From the NCBI RefSeq assembly GCF_055900595.2, contig NZ_CM148325.1: 64,000 nucleotides of DNA; one strand, given 5' to 3'. The position numbers were made by a program, and so were the translations under genes. Positions within the stretch are counted from its first letter, which is position 1, and every line of letters starts with the position of its first letter. Under the pieces are notes generated by a model. It ran no database searches. It saw only the letters and a program-made list of their open reading frames with translations, and was not told where the DNA came from. Below are positions 59,929 through 64,000 of this stretch, piece after piece.

Positions 59929-60603
59929 ATGAAAGGATTATTAGCTTTACTCATTTCTTCTATGGTCCTTCCTGCGCATGCCGGAATTGTTATCTACGGG
60001 ACGCGCATTATTTACCCGGCAGAAAATAAAGAAGTGATGGTGCAGTTGATGAACCAGGGAAACCGTTCTTCGCTGCTGCAGGCGTGGATTGATGATGGCG
60101 ATACGTCGTTACCACCAGAAAAAATTCAGGTTCCTTTCATGTTAACGCCACCAGTGGCCAAAATAGGGGCAAATTCCGGGCAGCAAGTAAAAATCAAAAT
60201 TATGTCGAATAAACTGCCCACTAATAAAGAGAGCATTTTTTATCTGAATGTTCTGGATATTCCACCAAATAGTCCAGAGCAAGAGGGCAAGAATGCACTG
60301 AAATTTGCAATGCAAAACAGAATCAAATTGTTTTACCGGCCTGCGGGTATTGCACCGGTAAATAAAGCGACATTTAAAAAGTTACTGGTAAATCGCAGTG
60401 GCAATGGATTGGTGATAAAAAATGACTCAGCAAATTGGGTAACGATTTCGGATGTCAAAGCTAATAATGTCAAAGTCAATTATGAAACTATTATGATTGC
60501 CCCCTTAGAAAGTCAGAGTATTAATGTCAAAAGTAATAATGCGAATAACTGGTATCTGACCATTATCGATGACCATGGCAACTATATTAGTGACAAAATT
60601 TAA
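59929..60603 (+). CDS. yehC: Periplasmic fimbrial chaperone (PapD-like)
   Basis: 224 aa; signal peptide; RBS AAGAGG. Confidence 0.85.
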   Translation: MKGLLALLISSMVLPAHAGIVIYGTRIIYPAENKEVMVQLMNQGNRSSLLQAWIDDGDTSLPPEKIQVPFMLTPPVAKIGANSGQQVKIKIMSNKLPTNKESIFYLNVLDIPPNSPEQEGKNALKFAMQNRIKLFYRPAGIAPVNKATFKKLLVNRSGNGLVIKNDSANWVTISDVKANNVKVNYETIMIAPLESQSINVKSNNANNWYLTIIDDHGNYISDKI

Positions 60604-60618
60604 TTGCAGGAGCTGCCT

Positions 60619-63099
60619 ATGTTGAGAATGACCCCACTTGCATCAGCAATCGTAGCGTTATTGCTCGGCATTGAAGCTTATGCAGCTGAAGAAACCTTTG
60701 ATACCCATTTTATGATAGGTGGAATGAAAGACCAGCAGGTTGCAAATATTCGTCTTGATGATAATCAACCCTTGCCGGGGCAGTATGACATCGATATTTA
60801 TGTCAATAAGCAATGGCGCGGGAAATATGAGATTATTGTTAAAGACAACCCGCAAGAAACATGTTTATCAAGGGAAATTATCAAGCGGTTAGGCATTAAT
60901 ACCGATAACTTTGCCAGCGGTAAGCAATGTTTAACATTTGAGCAACTTGTTCACGGTGGGAGCTATACCTGGGATATCGGAGTTTTTCGTCTCGATTTCA
61001 GTGTACCGCAGGCGTGGGTGGAAGAACTGGAAAGTGGCTATGTTCCACCGGAAAACTGGGAGCGGGGTATTAATGCGTTTTATACCTCTTATTATGTGAG
61101 TCAGTATTACAGCGACTATAAAGCGTCGGGTAATAGCAAGAGTACATATGTACGTTTTAACAGCGGGTTAAACTTACTGGGGTGGCAACTGCATTCTGAT
61201 GCCAGTTTAAGTAAAACAAATAGCAATCCAGGGGTGTGGAAAAGCAATACCCTGTATCTGGAACGTGGATTTGCCCAACTTCTCGGCACGCTTCGCGTGG
61301 GTGATATGTACACATCAAGCGATATTTTTGATTCTGTTCGCTTCAGCGGTGTGCGGTTGTTTCGTGATATGCAGATGTTGCCTAACTCGAAACAAAATTT
61401 TACTCCACGGGTGCAGGGGATTGCTCAGAGTAACGCGCTGGTAACTATTGAACAGAACGGTTTTGTGGTTTATCAGAAAGAGGTTCCTCCTGGCCCGTTT
61501 GCGATTACAGATTTGCAGTTGGCCGGTGGTGGAGCAGATCTTGATGTCAGCGTGAAAGAGGCGGACGGTTCGGTAACCACCTATCTGGTGCCTTATGCAG
61601 CAGTGCCGAATATGCTGCAACCCGGCGTGTCGAAATATGATTTTGCGGCAGGTCGTAGCCATATTGAAGGGGCGAGCAAACAAAGTGATTTTGTTCAGGC
61701 GGGTTATCAGTATGGTTTTAATAACTTATTGACGCTGTATGGCGGATCGATGGTCGCGAATAATTATTACGCGTTCACTTTGGGGACTGGCTGGAATACA
61801 CGCATTGGTGCCATTTCCGTCGATGCCACGAAGTCGCATAGTAAACAAGACAACGGCGATGTGTTTGACGGGCAAAGTTATCAAATTGCCTACAACAAAT
61901 TTGTGAGCCAAACGTCGACGCGTTTTGGTCTGGCGGCCTGGCGTTATTCGTCGCGTGATTACCGGACATTTAACGATCACGTTTGGGCAAACAATAAAGA
62001 TAATTATCGCCGTGATGAAAACGATATCTATGACATTGCCGATTATTACCAGAACGATTTTGGCCGTAAAAATAGCTTTTCTGCCAATATGAGCCAGTCA
62101 TTGCCAGAAGGCTGGGGTTCTGTGTCCTTAAGTACGTTATGGCGAGATTACTGGGGGCGTAGCGGCAGCAGTAAGGATTATCAGTTGAGTTATTCCAACA
62201 ACCTGCGACGGATAAGCTATACCCTCGCGGCAAGCCAGGCTTATGACGAGAATCATCATGAAGAGAAACGTTTTAATATTTTTATAGCGATTCCCTTTGA
62301 TTGGGGTGATGACGTTACGACGCCTCGTCGGCAAATATATATATCTAACTCAACGACGTTTGATGATCAGGGGTTTGCCTCAAATAATACGGGATTATCG
62401 GGAACCGTTGGAAGCCGGGATCAATTTAACTATGGGGTCAACTTAAGTCATCAGCATCAGGGAAATGAAACGACAGCTGGCGCGAATTTGACCTGGAACG
62501 CGCCGGTTGCGACAGTGAATGGCAGTTATAGTCAGTCGAGTGCTTATCGACAAGCTGGAGCCAGTATTTCAGGGGGCATTGTCGCCTGGTCGGGTGGCGT
62601 TAATCTGGCGAACCGTCTTTCCGAAACGTTTGCTGTGATGAATGCGCCAGGAATTAAAGATGCTTATGTCAATGGGCAAAAATATCGCACAACAAACCGT
62701 AATGGAGTGGTGGTATACGACGGAATGACACCTTATCGGGAAAATCACCTGATGCTGGATGTGTCGCAAAGCGATAGCGAAGCAGAATTACGTGGCAACC
62801 GGAACATTGCCGCCCCTTTTCGCGGCGCGGTTGTACTGGTTAATTTTGATACCGATCAGCGCAAGCCCTGGTTTATAAAAGCGTTAAGAACGGATGGGCA
62901 ACCATTAACGTTTGGTTATGAAGTCAATGATATCCATGGTCATAATATTGGCGTTGTCGGCCAGGGAAGCCAGTTATTTATTCGCACCAATGAAGTACCG
63001 CCATCGGTTAATGTAGCAATTGATAAGCAACAAGGGCTTTCATGCACAATCACCTTCGGTAAAGAGATTGATGAAAGTAGAAATTATATTTGCCAGTAA
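60619..63099 (+). CDS. yehB: Fimbrial outer-membrane usher
   Basis: MLRMTPLASAIVALLLGIEAYA...; 826 aa usher. Confidence 0.9.
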   Translation: MLRMTPLASAIVALLLGIEAYAAEETFDTHFMIGGMKDQQVANIRLDDNQPLPGQYDIDIYVNKQWRGKYEIIVKDNPQETCLSREIIKRLGINTDNFASGKQCLTFEQLVHGGSYTWDIGVFRLDFSVPQAWVEELESGYVPPENWERGINAFYTSYYVSQYYSDYKASGNSKSTYVRFNSGLNLLGWQLHSDASLSKTNSNPGVWKSNTLYLERGFAQLLGTLRVGDMYTSSDIFDSVRFSGVRLFRDMQMLPNSKQNFTPRVQGIAQSNALVTIEQNGFVVYQKEVPPGPFAITDLQLAGGGADLDVSVKEADGSVTTYLVPYAAVPNMLQPGVSKYDFAAGRSHIEGASKQSDFVQAGYQYGFNNLLTLYGGSMVANNYYAFTLGTGWNTRIGAISVDATKSHSKQDNGDVFDGQSYQIAYNKFVSQTSTRFGLAAWRYSSRDYRTFNDHVWANNKDNYRRDENDIYDIADYYQNDFGRKNSFSANMSQSLPEGWGSVSLSTLWRDYWGRSGSSKDYQLSYSNNLRRISYTLAASQAYDENHHEEKRFNIFIAIPFDWGDDVTTPRRQIYISNSTTFDDQGFASNNTGLSGTVGSRDQFNYGVNLSHQHQGNETTAGANLTWNAPVATVNGSYSQSSAYRQAGASISGGIVAWSGGVNLANRLSETFAVMNAPGIKDAYVNGQKYRTTNRNGVVVYDGMTPYRENHLMLDVSQSDSEAELRGNRNIAAPFRGAVVLVNFDTDQRKPWFIKALRTDGQPLTFGYEVNDIHGHNIGVVGQGSQLFIRTNEVPPSVNVAIDKQQGLSCTITFGKEIDESRNYICQ

Positions 63100-63114
63100 T
63101 AGTCAGGTGGTTCT

Positions 63115-64000
63115 ATGAAAATTCGCATAATGCTATTTATATTAACGATGATGGTTATGCCTGTGAGCTATGCAGCATGTTATAGTGAGTTATCTGTTCA
63201 GCACAATTTGATTGTTCAGGGGGATTTTGCACTTACTCAAACACAAATGGCAACATATGAGCATAATTTTAATGATTCGTCATGCGTGAGTACAAATACT
63301 ATCACCCCTATGAGCCCGTCGGATGTTATTGTTGGACTTTATAACGATACCATTAAATTAAATTTACATTTTGAATGGACCAATAAAAACAACATCACGT
63401 TGTCAAATAATCAGACCAGTTTCACCAATGGTTATTCGGTAACGGTGACACCTGCGGCCAGTAATGCAAAAGTGAATGTTTCTGCGGGGGGCGGCGGTTC
63501 AGTGATGATTAATGGTGTTGCGACATTATCCAGTGCTTCATCATCGACACGCGGGAGTGCTGCAGTACAATTTTTACTGTGTTTATTCGGTGGCAAGTCA
63601 TGGGATGCATGTGTAAATAGCTACAGAAATGCATTGGCACAAAATGCAGGTGTCTATTCCTTTAATCTGACATTGTCATACAACCCGATAACCACAACCT
63701 GCAAACCGGACGATTTATTAATTACTTTAGAGAGTATTCCCGTTTCACAATTACCTGCTACAGGTAACAAAGCAACAATAAATAGTAACAAAGGGGATAT
63801 TGTTCTGCGTTGTAAAAACTTATTAGGTCAACAAAATCAAACATCACGGAAAATGCAGGTGTATTTATCAAGTTCTGACTTGTTAACCAACAGCAACACA
63901 ATACTGAAAGGTGCGGAAGATAATGGTGTAGGATTTATTCTTGAAAGTAATGGTTCTCCAGTCACACTTTTAAATATCACTAACAGCAGTAAAGAATACA
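63115..64000 (+). CDS. yehA: Fimbrial adhesin-like subunit YehA, 5' portion (runs off window end)
   Basis: MKIRIMLFILTMMVMPVSYA signal peptide; no stop within window. Confidence 0.8.
   Translation, partial: MKIRIMLFILTMMVMPVSYAACYSELSVQHNLIVQGDFALTQTQMATYEHNFNDSSCVSTNTITPMSPSDVIVGLYNDTIKLNLHFEWTNKNNITLSNNQTSFTNGYSVTVTPAASNAKVNVSAGGGGSVMINGVATLSSASSSTRGSAAVQFLLCLFGGKSWDACVNSYRNALAQNAGVYSFNLTLSYNPITTTCKPDDLLITLESIPVSQLPATGNKATINSNKGDIVLRCKNLLGQQNQTSRKMQVYLSSSDLLTNSNTILKGAEDNGVGFILESNGSPVTLLNITNSSKEY

Overview
This 64 kb window reads as an Escherichia coli chromosomal segment, collinear in reverse orientation with the K-12 interval yeiI–nfo–yeiH–yeiE–lysP–cirA … mglBAC–preTA–cdd–yohKJ … dld–bglX–osmF/yehYXW–mlrA–btsSR–metG–apbC–yehEDCBA. 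All calls rest on reading the ORF translations against recalled protein families and K-12 gene order; no database search or computation was run. Three segments depart from the K-12 arrangement as I recall it. (1) A 4.2 kb AT-rich four-gene islet sits between cirA and yeiG: a GlpT/UhpT-type organophosphate:Pi antiporter, a SerB-like HAD phosphatase, an SdaA-like L-serine dehydratase and an XRE regulator. It is the best candidate for an undescribed system, and I hypothesise a phospho-amino-acid (phosphoserine-type) uptake and catabolism module. (2) An mhbRTDHIM-like 3-hydroxybenzoate/gentisate catabolic cluster plus an IS200-family element lies between yohJ and dusC. (3) Between metG and yehR there is only a frameshifted molR-like WGR-domain gene, where K-12 carries molR–yehIKLMPQ. 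Other points: mdtQ appears intact here, two small proteins missed by the ORF track (yohP, yohO) are present, and several REP/ERIC repeats, CRP/GalS/Fur-type sites and terminator hairpins are readable. Several long ORFs antisense to core genes are treated as spurious.
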